DNA from: Gnetum montanum
Taxonomy: Eukaryota > Plantae > Gnetophyta
Assembly (NCBI GenBank): GCA_015680685.1
Contig: MNCI01001684.1
Location: 124,001-188,000, forward strand
Direction of reading: 5' to 3'
DNA length: 64,000 nucleotides
Under the pieces are notes generated by a model, which saw only the letters and a list, made by a program, of their open reading frames with translations, did no database searches and had not been told where the DNA came from. Shown piece by piece: positions 37,801-49,899 of the stretch. Each line of letters starts with the position of its first letter. The stretch's first letter is position 1. Position numbers and translations under genes: made by a program.

Positions 37801-39253
37801 AAAGTGCACTGCCCCAAACAGGGGACATAACTATTGTAGGAAAAGAGATGAGAGTGGTACATGGTGTACAGGCAAGCATAGTTGTAGCATAGTAATGTAG
37901 TCATAGTTTCTATGATATCTAGGATGTGGAACTAACAGTTGCTGTTAGGATTAAACATGCCGGGTTGACTATTGTTATGTTCTGCAGGTACAGTAGTGAA
38001 CTACGTGTTGGATGGTGTGTGCCATTTATTTGACAAGGTCCTAGAATGCATCAAAGTGCTAGGTGTGCTTGAGTGCTCAAATGCGAGAGTGCCAAGGATG
38101 CTCAGAATGTCAAAATGCTCTTTTGATTTGGTAACCCCTAAAATGAAAAATGTAGGGGTATTTATAAGGCTAGGGTTAGTGCAAAATGTGAATCAAGCAT
38201 CATGTGGCACAAGGGTAGGTGGGGCCATGCTAAACCCTTCTTACACTCCCATGGGAGTAACAAAGTGTTACACTATAGAGTACTATAACAAGTTTCTAGA
38301 GATTGCTGAATTGTGACTATGCTACCAAAACTACATGTGCTAGAGTTTGAATGATCACAATGTACTTGAAAATAGTGCAAAAAATAGTGCAACTTGGAGG
38401 CTATGCTCTAGGACCATGTCTTTTCATTTTTCAAGTAGGGTCAAGTGTAGGTACAATTTTAGGGACCAAAAGGGATGCAAAAGAGATACAAATTGTTGAT
38501 ATTGCTTACTAGAGGAATGTTGGAGTTGGGATGAAGGCTAATGCTGAGTTATAGAGGCTTTTGGAGGTTGTTTGAGGCTTTTCTTCTGTCTTACGTTGGC
38601 TACGCTGTAGAGCATAACACAACACTTTGTTAAATTTCACAAAACTTTTGATGTCCAACAGTGGTTATGCTAGCTATGCTCTGGAGCATAGTAGGGATAG
38701 TTAGAAAAATTTGACATAATCTGCAATCTTTTTTTTAATGCTACGTTGGCTATGCTCTGGGGGATAGCAAGAGAGATAGCCTTAGGAGTTAGAAAATTTT
38801 CCATATGTCTATTCCATGCTAAGCTAGCTTAACAACTTCTTACCTAATACTTAGGCAAACTAGCCACTGAAAAGTATGCTACACTAGCTATGCTCTAGAG
38901 CATAGTAGAGCTTAGAAACCCAAGTGATATAATATTTTCCAAACTATTTCATCCATCCCAAGCAATCCTAATAACTTTTGGTTTGGCATTTGATCAAACT
39001 AGCCATGGAAGTGCATGCTACACTAGCTACACTCTAGAGTGTAGTAGGTAGAGTGAGAGCATAGTAGAACACTTAGAAAACTTTTTCATGCAATTACTAT
39101 TGATACTTATAAAATCTAACAAAATAGGCCTTGATGCATGCTACACTGGCTATGCTGGGGAGCATAGCACCAACACTTAGAAAATTTGCCAAGTTTTGAC
39201 ACTTAGACAAATTTTCAGTTGAAGTGTTGAAGCCTGAAATTGGTGGTTTTTTA
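31862..39253 (-). mobile_element. Tat-like Ty3/gypsy element, gag-only (5' LTR 37453-39253; 3' LTR 31862-33650), nested in SIRE-like #1
   Basis: Exact TSD GTTAT (31857-31861 / 39254-39258), paired ~1.8-kb LTRs, PBS rc TGGCACTAGAAGGAGG (tRNA-Asn type) next to 37453, PPT rc CAAAGAGGGGCTAA next to 33650. The internal region is only 3.8 kb. Confidence 0.9.
34570..36986 (-). pseudogene. Decayed Tat-like gag
   Basis: PHFIKYNSEGDPNVHLVTF and FCNYHQLHGHDMDY..LKDDIQCMIN. Collinear with 58387-60820. Confidence 0.78.
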
Positions 39254-39643
39254 GTTATAATAATTTAATCATCCTTGGAAGCATCATTTAAGACCTTTTA
39301 GTGTTTCACACTCATTTTTACTACTCCATATTCTATGTCTCAAAGGCCTTGAGGAAAACATTCATATCCAAATAAGATGTCTTGCTATTTTAAAGAGACA
39401 TCTCACTAGAGACATCTCAGCTTAGGGCAAGACATCTCAATAGTTTTATCCTAATTTGGGAAACATGTTTCATTTTCTCTCAAGATATATCATGTGCACC
39501 ATAAACCCTTCTAAATATGTCTTTCTATATAAAGCTACTTGTTCATTTTTTATTTTCCATCTCATTTCAAGCCAAAGACATCCTTCTTGAAATGGCCAAG
39601 GCTTCCTTTCCATTGTAGCTACACTCTTTATATCTTGGTTTCC

Positions 39644-41360
39644 ATGGCTCACAAAAAGATAGGAACTTTAAGGTTATTACTATACAAATCAAAGGGCACT
39701 AAAGGAGCATTAACAAGCAAATCCAACTCATATAAGTCTCAATCTTGATTCATAGATGCTCAAAATAGGTTTAAGAATAATATGTCAATATCCATTATAT
39801 CTAAATGAAATTTGAACTTTTTTCAACATAATTAATAGGCTTTGCTATCATATTTTAAGAGCCTAGGATGGGCAATGATTATCTTTATGACTATTTGCAT
39901 TTCTGAAGTGTTTGTTCATGAATTCTTTAGTAATATTATTTTTACCAATGCTTTGGTTAGGGCTTTTAGTTCTATGGTTGGAGGAGTTATTATTCAAGTG
40001 CATCCTCAAATTACCAAATACTTGCTTGAAATTTCTAGTATTGATGTTCATAGAGTCGTAGTTCACACTATGGATGATATTTTAACAAATGGTATCATGC
40101 CTATTACTTATGATGAATTTTGTGATGCTATCTTTGGTAGCTATGTTTTTCTCCAAGATGGCAAATAGTATCATCATAAAATGTCTCAAAATGCCTCCAC
40201 CCTCTCTCTTATTTTAATATATAACATCATAGTTAAAAGAGATAGCTACAATTATTTGCTCCCACCTTAGGAATTTGTGTTATATTTCTTATTGACAAGA
40301 TAACATTTATATTTGAAACATATTATTTGTAGGGATATGTTAGGCATGTACACAGAACACATCTATGGATACCCTCTTCTTATTAGCCTAATTATACATT
40401 AGACAAGTGTTCCCTTTCCAGATCTTCTCATTCTAACAGGGAAGAGGAGTCTTGCTAAGTACACTAAGAAGAGGAATACCACTCATATAGAATATATAAA
40501 TTCTTCATCCTCATGAGAAATATAAATAGGAACCATAAATATCTTTACCACTATAAGTTGTAGCTAAGCTTAGAAGATCCAAATCAGTAAGTGCTCAGGT
40601 AGGATCTTCCTTGAAGAAGGCCTTACAATCCATTATTAAAATCATGGGAAATATTAGAAGAAATCTCTCTTACTTTCATAAGAGAATGTATTTAGCAAGT
40701 CTTCCACCTACTCCAAGTGATCTTTAGTTTGAGGAGATTGAGACTTCTCATTGAATAGAAAGTGAAGGAGAGCTAGCACCTACTAGACATTTTATAGCTA
40801 CTAAGCCATCTTGAGCCTATGACTTGGGAAATGCATCAGATTCAGAATAATTAGCATGAGCACTAGCACATGCTTAGGGAGAGCCCATATCTTACACTAA
40901 GTAGCTAGCACTAGAGGTATTTATGTAGGGGGATTCTTCCTCAAGAGTTTTCAAATGACTCTAACATGATGATGCATCATAGTCTTTTGAGTAGTAGGCC
41001 ATGGAAAGCATTTTTGGTGTAGCATCATGGTGGAACAAGTTGTTTCCAAAACTTATCAACATAGAGCTACTCCATCCTTCAAGCAGGATTTGTCTCATGA
41101 TAGTCCTCCTTCATCCATCCACTTTTGGATAAAGCTTTGTTCTAGATGAGCACTAGTTATAGTGAATTTTGATAATGAGGATGATGATATTTAGCAAATC
41201 TCCCACTCCAATACTAGCAGTCATGAAAATGAAGAAGAGACTTATAGGCCCACTTGTGATGTATTTGATTCAAATGATGACACTGAGGTCAATGGTTACT
41301 GGGTTGGTGGTGATTCCATTTTGGGTGCTATCCAAAATGGAGGAGACTTTTTATGCTTAA
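39644..41360 (+). pseudogene. Decayed second ORF of SIRE-like #1 (ATHILA-ORF1/Transposase_32-like N-terminus, acidic low-complexity tail)
   Basis: YFKSLGW...EVFVHEFFSNI...VGGVIIQVHPQ resembles the GW...LV.EFYAN signature. Homologous to 48104-49899. Confidence 0.6.
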
Positions 41361-43020
41361 TCATAATGGTTGATGACTTGACTCACAACTTTGGTATCTA
41401 GATTTTTTGGTGTTTAGATATGATGATGCATTTACACTTGGTGAAGACCACCTAACTATTACATTGTTGTTATAATATAGCATCAATGGTTTTATGGATA
41501 TTTTCAATTTTCATATTCTAGTATCTATTATGAGGATATGAAACATATGGAAAGCATGTTATAGATAAAGATTTGGGTAGATATTTTATGTGACTGATTT
41601 TTATTAGTTATAGAAATCATTACTAATGGAGGTGTGATTGTTAAATTTTAATCCATCCTCCTTTTCCATCCTTGTTTCCATAGGATATTTACTATTTTAT
41701 CTAAACATGAATAATTATATTAAAAATTATATATATGCCTATTTTTGTGCTAACCCATTATTCAAGTTTTGGACATCACCAAAAAGGGAGAGATTGTTGA
41801 TATTTTGGTATCTCAAAACCTTGAAAAATGGAGAATTTCTTAATATGCTTGTGAAATCTTGTAGTTCTAAGAAAGGTAAATATAGAATATTAAGGAAACC
41901 AAGAGAAGAGCATGAATTGACAAATTGGAATACCAAAGTTCAATAAGAAGATGTAAGGATTTGAGGAAATCACAAAGATATAAGATGTCTCAAATCCCAA
42001 ACAAGATTTCTTGAAGAATGAAAAGACATCTCACATTGCTGTAAGACATCTTTGCTAAGAAGTTCTAGTCTCAGGTAAGACGCCTCCACAAAATAAGAGA
42101 CATCTTAAGTTTCGCCAAGTCATCTTGTGCAAGATGTCTTACCTCAAGCCAAAATATCTTAACCATGACATTTTAGGCTAGAGAAGACATCTCACCTATG
42201 ATATGGAAAATATAGTAAGATATCTTAGGCTTGTAGAAGAGGTCTTAATTAGCCATTTCTAGCTATTGTACAAATTCCAACAAAAAAATGGAGATACCAA
42301 GGCTCTAAAAGAGAGGGATTCCAATCGGAGAAGTAGAAGCATTGTTTATGAAAACAAGTAATCATTGTATACATCTTTAAGGAATTTTGTACTTAATTTT
42401 TTATCATTTGTTGTGTTATTTTTTGTTAAGCCAAAAAGAAAGGAATCAGAAGCTTAGTTTATATTCTTCCTTGATCTTTCTATCTCTTATGATAAGCCTT
42501 AAGGGGCTGGGTGTGCTTCTTGAGGAAAGACATCCTTTGATCTTGGTAGAACCTTAAGGGGTTAGGTGTGTTTCTGAGAAACAAAACCCCTAGAAAAGCT
42601 CAAGACTTTGTAAAGGTTGTGGTATCCTTAAAATTACATTTTGAAGGAACAAAGTCTAGAAGTGTGCAAGAATTCTACCCTCTAAGTGTGGACGTACACA
42701 AGTTGGGGAACCATGAACATCTATTGTGTAAGAATTGGGTCTCACTAGCTAAAAATTATTCAATCTCATTTCTAAGTTCTTGATCTTCATTCAGGTTGGC
42801 ACCTTGAGTTATAAAGACCTTACACATGTGGTCATTGAAAAAGTTATTGAGAAGCATACCTTCTTCTTTGTTGTCCATTAGTAATCACAATAAATGATTT
42901 GCCATCACATTCTCAACTTCTTTATGATCAATCATGTGGAGATCAAATTTTTACAAAAGAACTAATCATTGAATCACATGGGGATTGACATCTAGTTTGT
43001 TCATCAGGAATCGTAAGGAG

Positions 43021-43867
43021 ATATAAAGTTTTATTGGAACTTTTATCATTGTCCTTTAGACCTACCCAAACATGAAAGAAATCTTGTACTTTCTAAATGT
43101 TTGAAACTTTCTTTAATTAATGGGGAGTGATTTAGAAAAAATTTTAAATGGATATATCTTAAATGTTTAAATTAAAATCATCCTAATGATACTGGAAAGT
43201 AACTACATGAAGAAGGACATATGGGCCATCACTTACTAGTACATAAAAATTATGAGAGTAGGTTGTTCTTGACCTACGATGATTATTGATGCTTACAAAT
43301 TTATTAAAACTTATATATAATGTCAAATGTTTAAATATTAAGATTCAAAAGTTTTAGCTCCTCTACAACCTATAATATAAACTATGCCTTTTACATAATG
43401 AACTTTAGATTTATTAGGGTAATTAATCTAGTATCATCATTACAACATAAGTCATTCTCATGGCTACTAACTATTACACATGCTTCTTACAATCAAAAGC
43501 TACTAAAACTAGAACATTCCATGAGGTTATCTAGTTTTTAGAAAATGATATAATTTCTAGGTATGGATATTGTTATGCTTTAGTGGTTGATAACAGTCTT
43601 TCTTTTATATCCATAGAGTGTATGAATTGGGCTAGAAAAGATAACATCATTATCAAATGTATAATCAAATATAATCCTTAATGTAATGGTCTATTGAAGT
43701 CATCTAATAAAAGTATATTAGTTGGAATTAAGAAAATGATAATTCAAAATCCTTGCATATGACATGAGAAATTGAAGTGAGTAGTATGGGTTGATTGAAT
43801 TTTTTATAAAGAGTCAATTAAAACTATACCATATGCTCTTGTGTATAGATATGAGCCTATTATACCA
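43021..43867 (+). mobile_element. Ty3/gypsy integrase fragment (+), opposite orientation to the adjacent Athila relic
   Basis: HEEGHMGHH..KIMRVG..PTM..DAYKFIKT..CQ, then LDLLG..NLVSSLQHK..MATNYYT, NGLLKSSNKSIL and TIPYALVYRYEPIIP. Confidence 0.7.
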
Positions 43868-44588
43868 ATCATCATCATCATCATCATCATTCTAGCCTTG
43901 CCCCCAAAAAAAAAATAGGATTAGCTGTATGAGTTTTTTTCTATCATTCACCTCTTGAAAAGCTAGACCTTTGTTTATTTGTAGTTTTCTCAAATCATAT
44001 TTGATCAATTTTCCCATATCTTATTTGGTCTTTCTTTCAATAAATTTCTTGAAATAATGATTGTTGCCTTTTATTAGTGTGTCAAAACCTTGAAAATGGA
44101 GAATTTTTCAATGGGTATTATGATATACTTGCAAGCTTAAGAAAGATAAATTTAGCACTTCAAGAAGACCAAGTACAAAAAAATTGAAATGAGTAGTATG
44201 GGTTGATCAAATTTGTTATAAATAGTTAATTAAAACTATACCATACACTCTTTTGTATAGATAAGAGCCTATTATATCAATCATCATCATCATCATCATC
44301 ATTCTAGCCTTGCCCAAACAAAATAGGATCAACTACATGAGTTATTTCATATGATTCACCTTTATGAAGAGCTAGATCTTTGTTTATTTGTAGTTTTCTC
44401 AAGTCATATTTGATCATTTTCCCCATATCTTATTTAGTCTTTCTTTTAGTAGCTTCTTGAAACAGTGATTACTACCCCTTTTTTTGATATGTCAAAACCT
44501 TAAAAATGGAGAATTTGTCAATGGATTTTATGAGATACTTGCATGCCTAAGAAAGATAAATTTGGCACTTCAAGAAGACTAAGTAGAA
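43770..44588. repeat. Tandem duplication (~412-bp unit) spanning integrase / RTE / LTR junctions
   Basis: AAATTGAA(G/A)TGAGTAGTATGGGTTGAT...(ATC)n TTCTAGCCTTGCCC...TGTCAAAACCTT(G/A)AAAATGGAGAATTT...CACTTCAAGAAGAC at 43770 and 44181. Confidence 0.9.
43868..44056 (-). mobile_element. RTE LINE 3' end with (GAT)n tail (duplicated at ~44279-44464)
   Basis: The minus strand encodes RERPNKIWEN..KYDLRKLQINKGLA (RGRPKKTW motif) then AAGGCTAGAA(TGA)n. Same 3' end as 15890-15991. Confidence 0.75.
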
Positions 44589-45510
44589 AGAAAGAATTAA
44601 AAATCTAGAATGTTAGAGTCTGAGAGAAGATGCAAGGACATGAGACATCCCAACTTCCAAAGAAGATGTCTTGCAAACTATTAAGATGTCTTGTACTGAT
44701 AGAAGACATCTCTATTGAGAAGCCTAGTATTAGGCAAGATAGCTCCTTAAAATAGAAGATGTTTCACACTGAGACAAGATATCTTGTCCTGGGACAAGAT
44801 ATCTCTTCCAAGATTTCATGGACTTACAAAAGACATCTCACCTACAAATTGAGAAAATTAACAAGACATATCTGGCCATGAGCAAAACATCTCATATGGT
44901 CGTTTCTAATCATTACAAAGATTTCAATGCACAAATGGAGGGAAACGAACCTATAAAGAGAGGAAATATCAAAGAGGCAAATGCAAGTCTTGGAAAAGAA
45001 ATTGAGCAAGCATTGTGCATACCTTAGTGAATTCAAGATCCTTTATTCTCTATCTCTTATTGTAATTTGTATTGAGCTTCAAAGTAAGGAATTTGAAGAG
45101 TTAGTTCAATTCTTCCTTGATTTTCATTTTTCTTTTTGAAAGCCTTGTGCAGTTAGATGTGCTTCTTGAAGGAAGGTAATTTTCTTTATAAGGCTTGATA
45201 GCTTGTTAAAAACCTAAGGGGTTGGATGTATTTCTTGAGAGAAACATCCCTTGTAGAGCTAGAGAGCTTGCTTTGTAAAAGTTTTGATATCCTTGAAACC
45301 ACATTTTTGAAGGCACAAAGTTCAAAGGTGTGTAAGGATTCTACCCTCCAAGTGTGGATGTGCCCAAGCTAGTGAATGAAATAAAATTAGTTGTGTAAAA
45401 CTTAAATATTTTTGGCATGAACTTATTCACCCTCCTCTATGTTCTTAATCTTTGGGTGGTATCGAAGCTTTGATACTCTTGGTGTGAGTGTAATAACTCA
45501 GGAGTGAACA

Positions 45511-47150
45511 ATGGAGGGATCATCCTATAGTAAGCCACCAATATTCTAAGGAATCAACTTTGTGTATCGGAAAGAATGAATGTAAGGATTCTTTGAATTC
45601 ATGGAGTTTGAAGTCTGGTAATTCATTTTGAATGGTTACTTCCATCTAGTCTCAATCGAGAAGACAAGCTAAGAAGAAATCATCATTACTCCCAAGCCAA
45701 GAGGTGAGTGGTTTGATATTGATAAGAGAAAATTTATGGTTAATTCTAAAGCTAGAAATTGTCTTTATTGTGCTTAGTGAGCTTGAGTTTAATAGAGTAG
45801 CTAGTTGCAAAACTATGAAAGAAATTTGGGAAGTATTAGAAGATACTTATAAGGGAACCTCTATAGTAAAATAATCCAAACTTTTAGTTTTTCAAAGTAA
45901 ATATGACAAGCTCAAATTGAAGAAAGGAGAAAGAATCAAGGATTATTTTTCTAGAGCTAATGATATAGTAGTAGCCATTAGATGAACTGGAAGGTTTTAC
46001 TTGATAAGAACCTTGTAGCTTGAATTTAGACATAAAATTACTACCATGGAAGAAATTAGGGATTTCTTTGTCTTAATGTTTGAAGAGCTAGAAAGTGAAC
46101 TTGTAGCATATGAGATGAATCTCATAAGTGAAGGTGCCATCAAGGGGAACCCTATAGTTCTTAAAAGCTTTACAAAAGAAAAAAATTCATTTGATTGTGA
46201 AGAAAATAGTAATGATGAATTGGCTCTCTTTTCATGAAGAGTATAGAGTCTTTTAGCACAAAAAGAAAATGAGTTTTAATCAAACAAGAATCAAAGGTAA
46301 GGAAAAAGGTAAGACATTTAAAAATTTAAATTTTGATTCTTCTTCTATAGAATGTTGGGTGCATGGTGGAAAAGGTCATGTAGCCTCTAAATGTCTTGGT
46401 ACAAATAGGTTGTAGAAAAAGGAGCATATCAAAGAAGAAAAGAAAATAAAATCTCTTTGCACTAGCTAGGATGATGAATATAATAAAGAAGAAACTAATG
46501 ATACTTTGACAAGTTTACACTTTTTTTGCATGGCTCTTGCACACGAAGCCCCATTATCAACCATATCAATGACACATAAGAGGTTGGAGAATTTGAAGGT
46601 ACGATTGAAGAAAGGTATGATTTGCTTTGCAAATAGATAGTTTCCTTTCAAAATTTGTGTATTAAAATGAAAAAGGCTTTGCATACTAAATAAATTAAAT
46701 TAGAATAAATTAAAGGAATATTCCTAAATCTTGAAAAGGAAAACTCAAACCTAAGAACTAAGGTATAAAAGCTAACCCTTTCTCATGACTAGATCAACAA
46801 AGAACTTGTAGAATTGAAGCTAATTAATGAAAAATTTACAAAAGAAAATGAGAATTTACTAGGATAAGGAAGGAACAAGGAAGAGACACAAACAATAAAA
46901 GAGGACTCGAAAACTATTCCCATGCTAAGGCATCCACATGCATCTCTCCAAAATGAAAATATGCATTTAGGTTTAAACATATTTTCTAAATGAGAAAAAC
47001 AATATGTTACTATTGTGGGAAGTTTGGACATGTAAAGTTACATTATTATTTATTGTTAAGACATTATAACATGACTACTTAGTCTCATCAAAAGAAGCCA
47101 AGAAAGGATGTTTTGCAAGACAAACAAGTTTGGAGATCCAAAAATAAAGA
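45511..47150 (+). pseudogene. Decayed copia/SIRE gag with two zinc-knuckle remnants
   Basis: NSKARNCLYCA, EFNRVASCKTMKEIWEVLEDTYKG, MEEIRDF..FEELESELVAYE; knuckles at ~46350 and ~47005. Confidence 0.82.
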
Positions 47151-48103
47151 AAAAATAATAAGCTCACATATTTCACTCTCAATGGACAGAAGAATGATCC
47201 TCCATAGTGAAAATAGAGAATTTAAAAATATAACTAGAAATTAATATCAAACCCCACACTTAAAAAAATAGAGCTATGGAATTGGAGGCCCAAACAAAAA
47301 CTTTGGTGATAGAAAAGGTCAAAATTAGTTTCATATAAGAGAGGTATCCCATAATGGAGGACCTCATCCTAGTCACTCTTAAGCATGTTAAAAGGATAAG
47401 GTTAAGTAAGGTAAGATTTGGTAAATATCTTTATAACTCTTATGTTTCTTGACTTACCCCATATAGTATTGGTCAACTAAATAAGTACTTATGTTGTGTA
47501 AATCTAGTTATTAAAAGGATACTATTGATTGGAAACCTTGAAAGGTTTCAAGGACTCCTCACTTAATATTATGAGTAATATGGTGTAAATAAGTTAGTTG
47601 GTAATAAAAGAAAACCTCATTTGAAGGACATATGGGATGAACATGAGAACAAGATCCTATCCTCTAGGTAAGTAAGGTATGGTTCATTACCTTATTATTT
47701 TAGTTAAGATATTTAAGATTCTTTAGTAGCATCTCCTTTCCCCAAATGATTAGCATGTAATTAGCATAAGAAGTCCCAAATGAAATTTTAGTTTTTCAAG
47801 ACATGTTTGACAAAGTGTCTTGCAAAAGATATCTTTACCAAGACATCTTGCAAAATAGGTTTTTATGAACATGTCTCAGCCAAGGATAAGACATCTTCGC
47901 TATTTGTATTCTTAACTCAAGTAAGATGTCTCATCTATCATGAGACATCTAATGAAAATTAAAATTACCCCATACACGTGATTTCCTATAAAAGCATAGC
48001 TCTCCCATCCCATCTTTCAAAATCTCTCAAGATGACCTTTCCAAGACATCCAAGAGACATCCCAATAAGATCTAGTAGTAGCCCTCCATCTTGAGCAATC
48101 CCC

Positions 48104-49899
48104 ATGACTCCTAGAAAGGAAAGAACCTCCAAATAGCCTCAGTGTAGAACCAAGAACACATAAAGGATAGTGGCAAGTTTGAATACTCAATACAAGCCAC
48201 AATTCAGATCTCTTGATGCATAATTTAGGTTTAAAGGTAACAAGTCTATCTCCATCATTTTAGAATAAAATCTAAGAATTTGGTAAAGATGTTAGAATGA
48301 TTTGATTACATATTTTGAAATGATTGGTTGGATTATATTTATTACCATAATTCTTTCATTCTATAAATTATCATCCATGAATTCTTTAGCAATATTAGCA
48401 TTACAAATGCTTCTATTGGGGATTTTATTACTATGGTGGGTATAATAATTGTACAAGTGTCCCCTCAAATCATCAATAATATTCTTGGGATATCTAATGC
48501 TAATGTGCATCAAGTTATGATTCATTCCATGGATGATATTTTTAGCAATGGTGTCATCCTATAATTTATGATAAATTTTATTATGCTCTATTTGGAAAAA
48601 TAGTGTCATTTTAGGATGGGAAAGTGCATCAACATCAAATGTATTATTAAGGATCAACTCTCTCTCTCTATCTCTCATTGTGATGTACAACATCATAGTG
48701 AAGGGAGAAAACTGTGAGTACTTATTGCCACTTGAGGCCTTTTTGTTGTATTATCTACTTATAGGATAGTTAGTTGACCTAGGTGACATCATCTGTAGAG
48801 ACATGCTAGAAATTTATGCTCATGCTTACATCTATGAATACTCATTGCTTATTAGTCTCATTAATTAATAGGTAGGTGTTACCATTTTAGATCTTTCCAT
48901 CCTCAAGGGAAAGAGGAATCTTGTTGTGTATGCTGAAAAGAGGAGCACTACTCACATTGACAAAATAGATCCCTCATCGTTGCAAACACCTAACAGATAG
49001 GAACCAATGAGATTTTCCTCATGGGGTTCATTTGGACAATCTATATAGGGACTTGAATAGCTCAAATGCTCAAAATATATTGGTTCTTAGGTTGGATCTT
49101 CCATGAAAAAGGTCTTTTGCTCCATTGCCAAGGCCTTTGGGAAAACTAGAAGGAATTTCACATACCTCCAAAAGAGGATGGACTTAGTAGATATTCCTCC
49201 ACTTCTAATAGGTGATCCATGGTTTGAGGATATTGGAACTTATCATTAAATAGAGAGTGAGGATGAGCAAGAGCTTGTACAACCTACCACTATTTTTGGG
49301 CCATCTAGAGATCATGACTCTAAAAATATTAGCATTATATAGATCTTATGACTCTATAAAAATGTCCCTGGTTTACCACTACCATTGTACAACATCATAG
49401 TGAAGGGAGAAAAATATCCCTCACTCTCAATAGCCATCCATAGGGACATTTGTGTAGGAAGAGTCTTCTAGAAGACATTCCAAGAGGTTTTGAAATGATA
49501 AGCCACCTTAGACCTTCGAGTAGTAGGCCATGGAGAGCATTTTTAGGGTGGTAGCCTAGTGGAAAGAACCTATTACCAAGACTTACTAGTGTAGAGCTAC
49601 TCTATCATCTTAACAATAGGTTCCATCTCATGATAGTCATTCTATCTCCACCCACTTGTAGGTGAATCTTCGATTGTAATGTGCCCTCATGATAGTATCT
49701 TCTATTGATGATGATGATGATGACATCTAGTAGGTCTCATGTTCTAGCACACATAGTGATGATGATGAGGAAGAGACTTATAGGCCTATCCATGCTGCAT
49801 TTGACTACAATGATGACACAAAGGTCAATGAATAATAGGTTGATGATGATCCCCTTCTTTTGGATGATGCCAAAAAAAGGAAAAATGTTTTTGGTGTAA
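48104..49899 (+). pseudogene. Decayed second ORF of SIRE-like #2
   Basis: YFEMIGW...IIHEFFSNISITNA...IVQVSPQII. Collinear with 39644-41360. Confidence 0.6.

Larger units (their letters stand above)
28876..42789 (+). mobile_element. Sirevirus-like Ty1/copia element #1, pol-less (5' LTR 28876-29851; 3' LTR 41795-42789)
   Basis: Paired ~980-bp LTRs, tRNA-iMet-type PBS TGGTATTGGAGC (29854-29865), PPT AAAAAGGGAGAGAT before TGTTGA, TSD TTCAC/TTCAG (4/5), decayed gag TFDGINFAY*KAQMQGFFES. Confidence 0.88.
25100..43020 (-). mobile_element. Decayed Athila-like Ty3/gypsy element (RNase H end 42790-43020, integrase ~27590-28875, 3' region to ~25100), split by nested insertions
   Basis: The minus strand reads LVLL*KFDLHMIDHKEVENVMANHL across the insertion point into ECPWFVNILKY, then ILAHAHHDFFGGYY...YSWPTMFCDA (integrase Zn domain) and NGQARWKL. 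LTRs were not located. Confidence 0.75.
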
